Assembly (NCBI RefSeq): GCF_027921745.1
Contig: NC_079238.1
Location: forward strand, 4,898,001 to 4,962,000
DNA from: Schizosaccharomyces osmophilus
Lineage: Eukaryota
Direction of reading: 5' to 3'
DNA length: 64,000 nt
Notes under the pieces: model-generated
The model's input: only the letters and a program-made list of their open reading frames with translations
Database searches by the model: none
Told to the model about the DNA's origin: nothing
Position numbers and translations under genes: made by a program
Part shown: piece by piece, positions 25,273-35,916 of the stretch
Layout: each line of letters opens with the position of its first letter
How positions within the stretch are numbered: position 1 is the stretch's first letter

Positions 25273-25339
25273 AAAGGCAAAGGCAAAGCCAAAGCCAAAG
25301 CCAAAGCCAAAACTAAACTAAACTAAACTAAACTAAACT
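25273..25339 (+). repeat. Compound microsatellite (AAAGGC)2(AAAGCC)4A(AAACT)6
   Basis: Read directly from the sequence. Confidence 0.95.
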
Positions 25340-26297
25340 GGCTCACCTCAAACGACTTCCAAGTCAGTTGTGCCGACTTTTTTATTGTTTACTTAACAAT
25401 TGCGTTTCGTCGTGGTATCAACTATTAGTGAAGTGCGGTCCATTTCAGTATGACGTGCCTCTTGATCGTCTTAGATAAAGTAATCGTTTAATATCCATGA
25501 TATTGTTAGTTGTCCTTATTCAACCAAACAACAACGAGAATGGCATAGATATCGATCTTTAATTCTTCTTTAAAAACCCTTTCTCTCAAATTCACTCCCT
25601 CCTGCTTCTTCTGCTCCTTCTCTTTGCCTCTCTCTTCTCTCTTCTCGTCCATTATACCACGTTCAAGTTGCATCGCCGAACGTTTATTATTAAGCGAACT
25701 CTAATTTCTGTACAATCTATCCCCCTCTCGGATGTTTCGTTTGTTTAATTCCGAGCATGGAAGTTTCTTAGTCACGTTTGTCGGCCGAACCTCAATCTAA
25801 TCTCGGCCGAGGGGATTCTGGTTACCTCTCAGTGAGTATTTTGCTACTTTGGGTTTTGTCATCAATTGCACCATGAGGATACAAAAGAAGGACGCCAGCC
25901 ACCCCATTCTTACCCTTCCTATTCAACAGCCCCAGGCACGTCGTGACACACTAGTCCACGGTATCACGAAATAGAGAATCCTATAGCGAAACGCCGAACA
26001 CTTGATAATTGTGTTTACAGAAGGAATCCTTGGGTATCGTTAATCTAAGATTCTGAATCCTTTCGTTTGTTTACTCTCTTGGGTCTAGTTTCTTTGATTA
26101 TTTGATTATTTGTTTACTTGTTCCTTTTTTTATTTGCCTTTCTCTATTCTCTATTCTTCTCTCGTTTAGTATCTATCTTCCCATTCCATTGTTTTCACAG
26201 TTTTCTTCACACTCTACGCTAATTACGACATCTTTCGTTAATTTTTTTGCATTAATTCTTGATCCTATATCCTATCGTGTTATCAACAACATTTCTA

Positions 26298-28013
26298 ATG
26301 TCTTCCAACGATCCTACGTCCGCCGTGCACCGGGTTCAATCTGCTACGGAGCATCCCGAAATTTATCCAACCCTAAGCCATTCGTCGCAAAATTATACTG
26401 GCGCTCCTTTAGATCTTTTTCCGGCTCAGGCAGGAACCGAATCACCGCATGAGGCTGACAAGACTCAAGGTCAAGGCCAAGGTCAAGGCAATGGTATAAA
26501 CAATGAACAACCGAGAAGTGCTTCCCATTCCTCCGCTCGCTTTCCCCAAGACGGACCCGATTTAGAAAAACAACAATCCGCAGAAAAGGTATATCCCACA
26601 GTAGACAATCCTGATGATTTTGTTTTCAAAATCGACCAATCCAGTCCAGATTTCGCTGTCAACTGGTCCACTTCTCGTAAACTAAAAATTACCGCTATTT
26701 ATTCTTGGGCTGCTCTTTGTTCCACGTTTGCCTCCTCTGTCTTTTCCGGTCCTACAGAAGTTATCCCTACAATCTTTCATATCACCATGACGACTTCTCT
26801 TTTGGCTATTAGTTTATTTATTTGTGGTTACTGTGTCGGTCCTATTTGCTGGGGTCCTCTATCCGAGTTGTACGGCAGAAAGCCTCCTTTGGCTGTTGGT
26901 ATGCTTGGTTTTGGTATTTTCAATATCGCTGTGGCTGTCGCAAAAGACATCCAAACAATCATGATTTGTCGATTTTTCGGTGGTTTCTTTGCTAGTGCTC
27001 CTTTAACCATCGTCGCCGCTGCTTTTTCAGATATGTATAGCAATCGCTATCGTGGTACTGCTATTACAATTTTTGCTGCCATCGTGTTTGATGGTCCTTT
27101 GGTGTCCCCCATCATTAGTGGTTTCCTTACCAAGTCCTATTTAGGTTGGAGATGGACCGAGTACATTACTTCGTTTATGGGTTTCTTTGCCGTTGTTATT
27201 ATCATATTATTTTGTGATGAGTCTTACGCAAAAAAAATTGTACAAGCTCAGGCTCAAGATTATCGTATTGCAAACAACAATCATTTCGTGCATGCAAAAA
27301 GTGAAGAAGAGGTGTTGACTCCCAAAGATGTCCTTTTCAACTATTTGTTGATTCCAATTAAAATGTTGTTTACAGAACCCATCGTCTTTTTGGTCACTCT
27401 TTACTGTTCTTTCGTATATGGTATTTTGTACTTGCTTTTGGAAGCTTATCCTATTATCTTTGCCGAAAAACGCCATTTCTCAATGGGTGTTGCTCAACTT
27501 CCCTATATCGGTTTGTTGGTAGGCGTCTTTATTGGAAGTGCAATTAACATTGCATTCGAACCTTGGTACTTCCGAAAGGTTATTGAGCTTGGCGGAAAAC
27601 CTTTCCCTGAGGGTCGTCTGCCACCTTTGATTATTGGTGCTTTCACCTTCCCTGCCGGTATTTTCTGGATGGCTTGGTCAGGCAACTATCCCCACGTTCA
27701 TTGGATTGTTCCCTCTTTGTCTGGTTTGGTTACCGGTTGCGGTATTTTGTTGATTTTCTTGAATTGCATGAACTATGTGATTGACGCTTATTTATTCCGT
27801 GCTGCCTCTGCGGTTGCTGCAAATACCATTATGCGTAGTGCAGTTGCTGCAGGATTTCCTTTGTTTGCCATCCAAATGTTCCACAACTTAGGAGTTGGAT
27901 GGGCCGGTTCTCTTTTGGGATTCATTGCCGTTGCCTTGATTCCAGTGCCTATTGCTTTTTGGTTCTACGGTAGAAAAATTCGTTCTTGGAGTAAAATGGC
28001 TGTTGTACTCTAA
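26298..28013 (+). CDS. MFS drug:H+ antiporter DHA1 family (spermidine/polyamine transporter-like, Tpo/Caf5 family)
   Basis: WGPLSELYGRKP, RFFGGFFAS, GWRW, PEGRLPP and AASAVAANT; about 12 TM segments. First ATG is at 26298. Confidence 0.92.
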   Translation: MSSNDPTSAVHRVQSATEHPEIYPTLSHSSQNYTGAPLDLFPAQAGTESPHEADKTQGQGQGQGNGINNEQPRSASHSSARFPQDGPDLEKQQSAEKVYPTVDNPDDFVFKIDQSSPDFAVNWSTSRKLKITAIYSWAALCSTFASSVFSGPTEVIPTIFHITMTTSLLAISLFICGYCVGPICWGPLSELYGRKPPLAVGMLGFGIFNIAVAVAKDIQTIMICRFFGGFFASAPLTIVAAAFSDMYSNRYRGTAITIFAAIVFDGPLVSPIISGFLTKSYLGWRWTEYITSFMGFFAVVIIILFCDESYAKKIVQAQAQDYRIANNNHFVHAKSEEEVLTPKDVLFNYLLIPIKMLFTEPIVFLVTLYCSFVYGILYLLLEAYPIIFAEKRHFSMGVAQLPYIGLLVGVFIGSAINIAFEPWYFRKVIELGGKPFPEGRLPPLIIGAFTFPAGIFWMAWSGNYPHVHWIVPSLSGLVTGCGILLIFLNCMNYVIDAYLFRAASAVAANTIMRSAVAAGFPLFAIQMFHNLGVGWAGSLLGFIAVALIPVPIAFWFYGRKIRSWSKMAVVL

Positions 28014-28495
28014 GCATGAAGATATTATTTATAGAATCGTTGTGAAAATTGACTCCACTTTCATTTGCTTGAGTCCTATATTATTATTTTGGATAATCAT
28101 TACGAAAACCGTCGTTGGTTTTACATTACCTGCCAACCGAGTTTGGACAGAAAAGAGAAGATTGAAGAAAAGAAGGAATTACTCAAAAATTAATTATTCG
28201 CACGTTTACATGGTTTCATGAAATACGAAGTATGGTGATGAGGTTCCTATGATTTTTTTCTCACTATTAATAATAACTTAATGTATGATAGTTTAATCAA
28301 CCTAAATCGTGTGTTTTACAACCCCAAAAAAAAAAAAATTATTTGTGTGTCAATTGTATTTGTAACAAGAAAACATCACTGTATGGTAGCCCTATTTTTG
28401 GTATTCTTTTTTCTTTCTCTTCCTACAGAATGCTTTTATTTTCAAGCAAACCATGGCCATGTACGTTTAAAACGATAGGTAAAAAAGTAGATATC

Positions 28496-28567
28496 TGCTC
28501 CAGCAGTGACTCGAACACTGGGCCTCTTGCTTACTAGGCAAGCGCTCTACCACTGAGCTACAAGAGC
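28496..28567 (-). tRNA. tRNA-Thr(AGT)
   Basis: Minus strand reads GCTCTTGTAGCTCAGTGGTAGAGCG-CTTGC-CTAGTAA-GCAAG-AGGCCCAGTGTTCGAGTCACTGCTGGAGCA. It forms a cloverleaf with A/B boxes and has a T6 terminator at 28486-28481. Confidence 0.96.
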
Positions 28568-30084
28568 TGATCTGTTTGCAAGAGACAATTTGACTTATTC
28601 ATACAGCAATCTGCATATTTTGCATATTTTGAAAGATACAAAGTAAATACATGGAAATGAGATCCGAAAAGAAATTAGAAAAGATGAGAAGACTTCTTTT
28701 TCATGGGAAATCACCCTTCCACCCAATATTTATATTCGGCCGAACCAATTTGTATTCGAAGGTAACAAAGCGATAAAAGTGAGTATGAAGGGATGTACGG
28801 CCGAACCAAGGTAACAAGGTGCCGAATGTTTTTATCGCACTCTGACGTTTCCCCATACAAAACGCGTACATATTTTCTGTTACCTGTTACTCGTGACCTG
28901 AAATGAAAATTTCGGACGTCGAAGGGAAAATTTTTGGCCTCTCAAGTCGTCTACAAGGGAAGTACATAATTTTAAAGAGGATAGAAAGAGAATACAATGA
29001 TGAGAAAGAATTCGTAGTAAATAAACAAGGGAAAAAGTCGCAAATGAAAAGATCAAAGAAAGGAAGAAGAACAAGTAATTTAAAGTTGAAATGAAGGACG
29101 TTATCGGATCGTTCAACATAGATATTCGAGCTTTATCTATCCTACGGCCGTGGTTCCGTAATCTGATGTACATATTAACTGGCGGATTTTCTGACTTGCC
29201 AACAACAAAACATTCCTGTGCGGCCCGTTCGAATTTAGGTAAGCAATCCACACTAAAGGAAGCATTCATGAGTAGAAAAAGAAAAAGAATTGGAAAAATT
29301 GAGGTTTGCTTGAAAAATAGCTTTTGAATGGTTGTTTTTGGACGTTTCGCTGAACGGAAGACAACAACTTTGGTGAATTCATGGAAGTGCATTAGTATAC
29401 TAATAAGCAATGATTTAGGGGATTGACAAAGGATACCGTTTCAAGTTTGGATTTCCGTTTCTTCCTCCTTTCGTATGCCAGCTGCTTTTCTTTTCTGTCT
29501 TTGCCAATTGTAGAGAATTGTGTGGATAGATAAAAGCAAAAAAGACAAGATTGTTGTTTTGATACTTATTTGACATTGTTTTGTTGTTCGTTTCCAAACT
29601 AGTTTTTATTTCCTTTGTCGTATTTTTTTGCTTGTCATAGTGCAGGAATTGCTGAATAACTATTCAATTTTTTTTCTACACAAGCGAAAAAAAAAAGAAA
29701 AGAAAAACTCTCTCTCTTTTGAGTGGATTTATTTTTGATTTAAAATCTCCATCATTTTTATTTTTTGATTCCTTCACTTTTGGGTTTCCATTTTGTACTC
29801 AATAAAGGGTTTCTCTATTGTGGAATCTTTGTAAACATTATTTCAATTTCTTTACTTTTCTCCTATCATCTCTCGAAACCCACAGACTTTTTTAATACCC
29901 TATACCCTTTAAGAGAGAAAAGAACGAAAAATTATAATCATAATCAACCGAAAATAGAACGTTGTTCTTTTCAATCACCATTTTACTACCCCGTTTTTTG
30001 TCTAATATTTAGGAGTTATTTCCTGTGTGTTCTTTTTATTATCTTGTCTTTTATTTTTTTTTGGTTGTTGGTCCTTATTGAAAC

Positions 30085-31707
30085 ATGTCAAGTCAAAATA
30101 CCCAATCTTCTGAAAATCCACTGAGTGTCGACCTCGAAAAACAAAGCACCCATCGTTCCCTTGAAGATGGAGAAGCTGACCTGGAAAAACAAAATACCCG
30201 ACATACCTATACTAATAAGCAAGTTGGTTCAGAACTTGATTTCAAAGATTATCTTCGGCAATTCCCCGTCGTTAACAATCCTGAAGATTTTATTGTCACC
30301 CTGAACGGTCCGAACGACCCTGACTTGGCTCTAAATTGGAGCTTAAAAATAAAGCTGCAAAATGTTGCTGTCATGGGATGTGCTTGTCTCTGGGTCAGTT
30401 TTGGTTCTTCTTCCTTTTCCGGTGCCGTTCCTGCGGTAATGACGAATTACCACGTTGGTAGAACTGTTGCCATTCTTGGTATCAGTCTATACGTGATGGG
30501 TTTTGCTTCAGGACCTCTTGTATGGGCTCCAATGAGTGAAGCTTTTGGTCGTCGTAGGCCTATGATCATTGCTGTCTTTATTTTTAGCATTTTTCAAATT
30601 GCTGTTGCTACGGCTAAGGATATACAAACCGTTATGATTTGTCGTTTCTTTTGCGGTTTCTTTGGTAGTTCTCCCGTTACCACAGTTGCGGGCTCATTTT
30701 CCGATATGTTTAGTGCCCGGACAAGGGGTTTGGTTATTGCAACATATGCTGCAATTATCTTTAATGGTCCTTTGGTGAGTCCTATTGTCGGTGGTTTTAT
30801 CGGCAAATCGTATTTAGGATGGCGATGGATTTCGTATATTACAGCAATTATGGGATTTTTTTCGTTAATATGCATGCTTATTTTCCATCGTGAGACGTAT
30901 ACGAAAACAATTACTGAGGATCGAGCAAAGTTGGTTCGAAATTTAACTGGCAATCACTGTTTGCACTCCAAATCCGAAGAAGAGCCCTTGGTTCTTTCGT
31001 ACTTTGTTCACAAGTACTTGACCCTTCCCCTTCGTTTGCTATTGCTCGAACCCATTTTGTTACTTGTGTCCACATACACTGCTTTCGTGTATGGTATTTT
31101 GTATGGTCTTTTGGAAGCGTACCCAGTAATTTTTGGTGAAGCCAGAGGATGGAGTGAAGGTGTCATGTCTTTACCTTATCTTGCCATCTTAATTGGCGTA
31201 TGCATAGGTTCCATCAGTGTTGCCTTCTTCCAACCATATTACTTTCGACAAATGGAAAAGAATGAAGGCAGGCCGGCCCCCGAAGCGCGACTTCCTGCCA
31301 TGATGCTGGGATGTATCGTGTTTCCAATTGGCATTTTTTGGTTAGCATGGACTGGTAATTATCCAAATATTCATTGGATTGTCCCAACTATATCCGGCAG
31401 TTTTGTGGGTTTTGGTATCATTACAATCTTCCAACAAAGTATAAACTACATTGTCGATTGTTATATGGATATTTCTGCATCTGCTATTGCAGCGAATACG
31501 CTGTTTCGAAGTTCGTTTGGTGCTGCCTTCCCTTTGTTTACTACTCAAATGTTTAATAATTTAGGAATAGGATGGGCTGGTTCCCTAATAGGTTTTGTTG
31601 CTGTCGCTCTTATCCCATTCCCTTTTTTCCTTTTCATTTACGGCTCCAGGATTCGTTCCAAGAGTAAGCTGTGTTTGAAAGATTTACCCTTAAAAGAGTT
31701 ACCCTAA
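30085..31707 (+). CDS. Second DHA1 MFS transporter (probable SPBC530.15c ortholog), paralog of 26298-28013
   Basis: WAPMSEAFGRRRP, AKDIQTVMICRFF, SYLGWRW and PEARLP; many motifs shared with the upstream paralog. Confidence 0.92.
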   Translation: MSSQNTQSSENPLSVDLEKQSTHRSLEDGEADLEKQNTRHTYTNKQVGSELDFKDYLRQFPVVNNPEDFIVTLNGPNDPDLALNWSLKIKLQNVAVMGCACLWVSFGSSSFSGAVPAVMTNYHVGRTVAILGISLYVMGFASGPLVWAPMSEAFGRRRPMIIAVFIFSIFQIAVATAKDIQTVMICRFFCGFFGSSPVTTVAGSFSDMFSARTRGLVIATYAAIIFNGPLVSPIVGGFIGKSYLGWRWISYITAIMGFFSLICMLIFHRETYTKTITEDRAKLVRNLTGNHCLHSKSEEEPLVLSYFVHKYLTLPLRLLLLEPILLLVSTYTAFVYGILYGLLEAYPVIFGEARGWSEGVMSLPYLAILIGVCIGSISVAFFQPYYFRQMEKNEGRPAPEARLPAMMLGCIVFPIGIFWLAWTGNYPNIHWIVPTISGSFVGFGIITIFQQSINYIVDCYMDISASAIAANTLFRSSFGAAFPLFTTQMFNNLGIGWAGSLIGFVAVALIPFPFFLFIYGSRIRSKSKLCLKDLPLKELP

Positions 31708-32795
31708 AAAGTTTTGTGCTATTTTTTTTTTATGTTCTTTGTCATGGTTGGGGTTGTGGTCAGAAGCATCATCGTTTCAACTGAACGATTTTATGGCAAA
31801 GCATGTTATAAACGTGCTATAAAAGTTACAAATTTTTTCACATAATGATAAAAGAGAAAAATTCGTTTTCTGTAAAGTTATTTATTATTGCCTCCCCCTA
31901 ATAAATGTTTTTTTTGTTTCGTACTCTCGTGAATTTATAGCTAACATATGCAACTTGAAAGTTAAAGACAAAATGAAGAGTATATTTTCAACATGGAGTG
32001 AAAGGAAAAGCTTTATTGAAACCGACAAATGCAACAATCGCAATCAACACACCTTGATAAATGGCACACGAAGCATCAATGGAAAATTCTTCTGAGCCAA
32101 ATCCTTTCTAAAGTACTGTGCCTTTATGAATATTGAAAAGAAAGATGCTTTTATTTATGTTTTTACGGACTGCAGGTCTACTGATAGAGGTAACACATAT
32201 TTTATTAAAGGTAAAGACGATGAACGGAAGGAGTAACAAGTTTTTAAACAAGAGACGTCGAGAGAGAAAATGATTCATTCAGTAGCAGAAAGGAAGAGAA
32301 TCATTGATATCTCTGGATTCAATACAACTTTTACATAGAACCAAGTCTACTGTATTCATTCTCAACATTGGCCTGTTCAAAGTTTCAGGACGCTTTGGAT
32401 AAGAAGCCAATATAAGGGAACTTGAATAAACTCACAGAAGCCAAAAGCTCCCAGGGTTCTGTAGAATATTTTGCCGTCCTTTAATCTTTTTTTTATTTTT
32501 CATTCTAATGACACGCGTGTTTGTTTACAATGACGTGTTTCTATACCTAACTAGCATACTGTAGTGTGTTATGTTCGTAAGAATTCGGTAGCTTTACGCA
32601 GTTAAAGAGAGCAAATAAGAAACTCACTGAGGGTCCGTAATTAATAGTAGCAAGTCAGCAGAATCGTAGTAGGAACTTGCTAACTAAAGCAATCTTTCAG
32701 GAACTGGATTGAAACAGAAACGTGCGGTCTTGCATAATAAATAGTTTTTAAAAAAAAAACTTGAAAAGAACAGAGGCAAAAGCCTGTTAGAAAAC

Positions 32796-34319
32796 ATGGA
32801 AGCAAGCGCAGACTGGGTGAATGCCCCTATAGAGCAAACATTGACTAAAATTGGACCACCGGATGACTTTGACGCTTCAAAGAATGTGAAACCAATCGAG
32901 AATAAAGGAGAAGAAGCAGGGCATGAGCAACCAGTACTTGCAAAGGTCAAATCACACGAAGAAAACGAAGATGATTATCGGTATGGTGGCTACCATCCAG
33001 TATTTATTGGGGAAGAATTCAATAAGAAGCGATATGTAGTAGAGCGGAAATTGGGATGGGGTCATTTTTCTACTGTTTGGCTTGCTTACGACCGGATAGC
33101 AAAACGGCGGGTTGCTTTGAAGGTTGTACGATCAGCAGAGCATTATCGAGAAACATCCATTGATGAAATCCGCATTTTGCAAAAGATTTGCGAAGGTGAT
33201 GACAAACATCTTGGCAAAAAGCATGTGATTGCCTTATTAGACTATTTCCTACACCGAGGACCGAATGGTGCTCATGTGTGTATGGTGTTTGAAGTCCTAG
33301 GAGAAAATCTGCTAAGTCTTATTCAATCATATGGACATCGCGGTGTCCCAATGGAGATAGTCCAACAAATCTCCTATCAATTGCTTATTGCATTGGATTA
33401 TTTACACCGTATGTGTGGAATTATACATACCGATTTAAAACCTGAAAATGTTTTGATTTGCATTGATGATTCAGTACTGAATGACATTGATCGCCAAGCA
33501 TCGCTTGGTTCAGATTCAAACCCACAGACCGCTACATCGAAACCTCCCACGGATGCAGGCGCCGTTGGTTCATTTGGAACACCTCAAAAGAGGTCGAGCA
33601 AATCATCCGTGGGCAAGGTGCTTACTAGTGATCCTTTTACCTCCACACTCACTCATTCTCCAGGCCTAGAGGGAGCCGTTTCAGATATTAGTCTGCGTGA
33701 CAGCTATTTCAAGAAACCACAGCAGGAAAAGAAACCTTTGATTGAAGTCAAAATAGCAGACCTCGGCAATGCCTGTTGGACACGGAAGCACTTTACAAAC
33801 GACATTCAAACACGACAGTATCGTTCTCCAGAGGTTATCCTTGGATGCCAGTGGGGAGCTTCTGCTGATTGCTGGAGCTTTGCTTGTATCATATTCGAAC
33901 TTCTGACTGGTGATTATCTATTCGATCCCAGAAGTGGAAATTCTTATTCCAAAGAAGATGACCACGTAGCTCAAATCATTGAGTTACTCATGACCTTTCC
34001 CAAACAAATGGCTTTATCTGGAAAGCACTCCGCCGACCTGTTCAATCGACGTGGTGAACTCCGCAATATACACAAACTAAAGTTTTGGCCATTAAAAGAT
34101 GTATTAGAGCAAAAGTATCATATTAAAGCGTCGCTCTCCCAAGATATTTCAGACTTTCTATTACCCCTTCTTTCATTTGATCCAGCAAAGCGTGTCAATG
34201 CAGGATATATGAGTAACTCGCCTTGGTTGCACAACGTTGCCAGCCCCGATTTTAAAATTGACTGCTGCGGGCAATTTGGTGAGTTTATTCCTGGCTGGGC
34301 TAATGAAATCCGAAAATAA
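32796..34319 (+). CDS. dsk1: SR protein kinase Dsk1 (SRPK/Sky1)
   Basis: GGYHPV, KLGWGHFSTVWL, HTDLKPEN, a spacer insert, ADLGNACW and IQTRQYRSPEV. Confidence 0.96.
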   Translation: MEASADWVNAPIEQTLTKIGPPDDFDASKNVKPIENKGEEAGHEQPVLAKVKSHEENEDDYRYGGYHPVFIGEEFNKKRYVVERKLGWGHFSTVWLAYDRIAKRRVALKVVRSAEHYRETSIDEIRILQKICEGDDKHLGKKHVIALLDYFLHRGPNGAHVCMVFEVLGENLLSLIQSYGHRGVPMEIVQQISYQLLIALDYLHRMCGIIHTDLKPENVLICIDDSVLNDIDRQASLGSDSNPQTATSKPPTDAGAVGSFGTPQKRSSKSSVGKVLTSDPFTSTLTHSPGLEGAVSDISLRDSYFKKPQQEKKPLIEVKIADLGNACWTRKHFTNDIQTRQYRSPEVILGCQWGASADCWSFACIIFELLTGDYLFDPRSGNSYSKEDDHVAQIIELLMTFPKQMALSGKHSADLFNRRGELRNIHKLKFWPLKDVLEQKYHIKASLSQDISDFLLPLLSFDPAKRVNAGYMSNSPWLHNVASPDFKIDCCGQFGEFIPGWANEIRK

Positions 34320-34805
34320 AAATTACTTTGAACAAGCAGCATTCATACATATAAACATCTACATTCGTTAATTTTGATGTACCTAAGGTACCATCTTCGC
34401 AAAAAGTTTAGCCGTGGCATTGACATGTTTTTCCGTCACTAGGTTTATATTTTGAAGAATTATTCTGCTTCTTTCTAATCTTTTGGTCTCTTATGCTTTG
34501 ATGAAACGATAAGGCACGCTGACAAGAAAAAAATGATGTTAATTTTTGTTATTTCTTTGTTAATTTATTTCTTCTCATTTCTCTATCATTCAAATGGACG
34601 AATACACTTTGTTTTATGAGCACTTATACTAACGACTCGTGAATAGGATTTACTAGATAACGATAATATATACTAGTCCAATGTATACAAATTTCAAACA
34701 AGTTTAAATAAATAGAATTGTAAGGCTTACGGGAGCGATACAACTATGAACAAGAACCAAAAGACTATTTATACAATTCCCAGCACTTAGCGAGTCTCTG
34801 TGTTT

Positions 34806-35916
34806 TCAAGTTTGTCCATCTTGGGCTACGCGAATCTTGTATTCTCGCTCAAAGTACTTCCTATCACAGTCGAGCAAGAATCGAGTACATCCCTGTTTGG
34901 AAGACGAAAGTTGGGCGTTCGATTGGGTATATAGGTCCGCTATAGATGGAACATTTACTTCTATTTTTGTAGCTTTGGGTGGTCTCGATGAATTCCTCTG
35001 GGCTCTTTGGAAGTCTACGCATAATCCTAATAGTAAGTCCGTTGGATACATTTGGCCAAGTATTGTATAAGGTTGAAAGTGCATATAGAGGTCAAGTAGG
35101 TCAGCAATGGCCCCCTCAGTAAGCAATGTAGGAGCACAAAAATTTCTAGGGATGATGGGCTGGGAAAGTTTTTGAAGCTTACACGTGATGGAAAGAGCAG
35201 CAATCGCAATGACAGAAACAGGGTATTTGAGTGGTGCAAACGTTCGATACGCATCTGTACATATATTCCAAGCGACAGTAATTGTGTTGGGTGTGACTAT
35301 ACGGATTGTTAGTTAATAACAAATTATGAGTTCATACAATTCAATGATTTAGCAAATTTGATCACATAAGTATGAGGATCGCGAACACGAAAATCAAAAC
35401 ACAGTAGCTCCAGGATCATTCTTTCTAAACCCAATACCTTCCGTTTAACTTCATCAATGATCTACCAACCTGTTAGTTACAAAACATCAACTAAAATTGA
35501 ATTACCTGGGCATGAGTATCAGCATCTAAACCAGGGTGTTTGTGCTGAAAGTGAATGAGTAATATTTCACGAAGCTTTTTCGCTGTATCTTCTACTTTAC
35601 AAGCGACAAATAAGCAAGCGGTAGCACATTCAATGAGCGGAAGTTCTGCCAGGGAATAAAATAACTGAATTCGACTGATCAAAAGCATAGCAAGACCACT
35701 GGTGCGTACTGGACTGTAAAAAAATGTTAGCAAGCAATTCAATAATGTCCGTACATACAACTTTAGACTCCTGCTCATTTCTGAGATCCAGTTGAAAGCT
35801 TGCATTTTGAACCCATTTTCTTTTGGATCGCGAGACTGCATTATTCGAGTAATTTCATTTTCAGAATAAAAAGGTCGAGACAGCCGTATGGATAAAACGT
35901 GTTTTTCCTCTGTCAT
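34806..35916 (-). CDS. lsc1: Lsk1-associated cyclin Lsc1 (CTDK-I beta, Ctk2/cyclin K-like). Exons 35916-35759, 35713-35506, 35461-35338, 35296-34806
   Basis: Cyclin box ATACLFVACKVEDT; spliced exons continue with LERMIL and AWNICTDAYRT. Three canonical introns; syntenic position. Confidence 0.88.

Noticed and set aside
29473..30012. Possible 5'-UTR intron of the second MFS gene (GTATGC...CTAAT...TAG)
   Set aside because: The donor is ambiguous and the implied intron is unusually long; not supportable without reads.
28880..30124. 176-aa and 119-aa ORFs between tRNA-Thr and the second MFS gene
   Set aside because: Low-complexity, T-rich promoter/UTR sequence; non-ATG starts; no domain.
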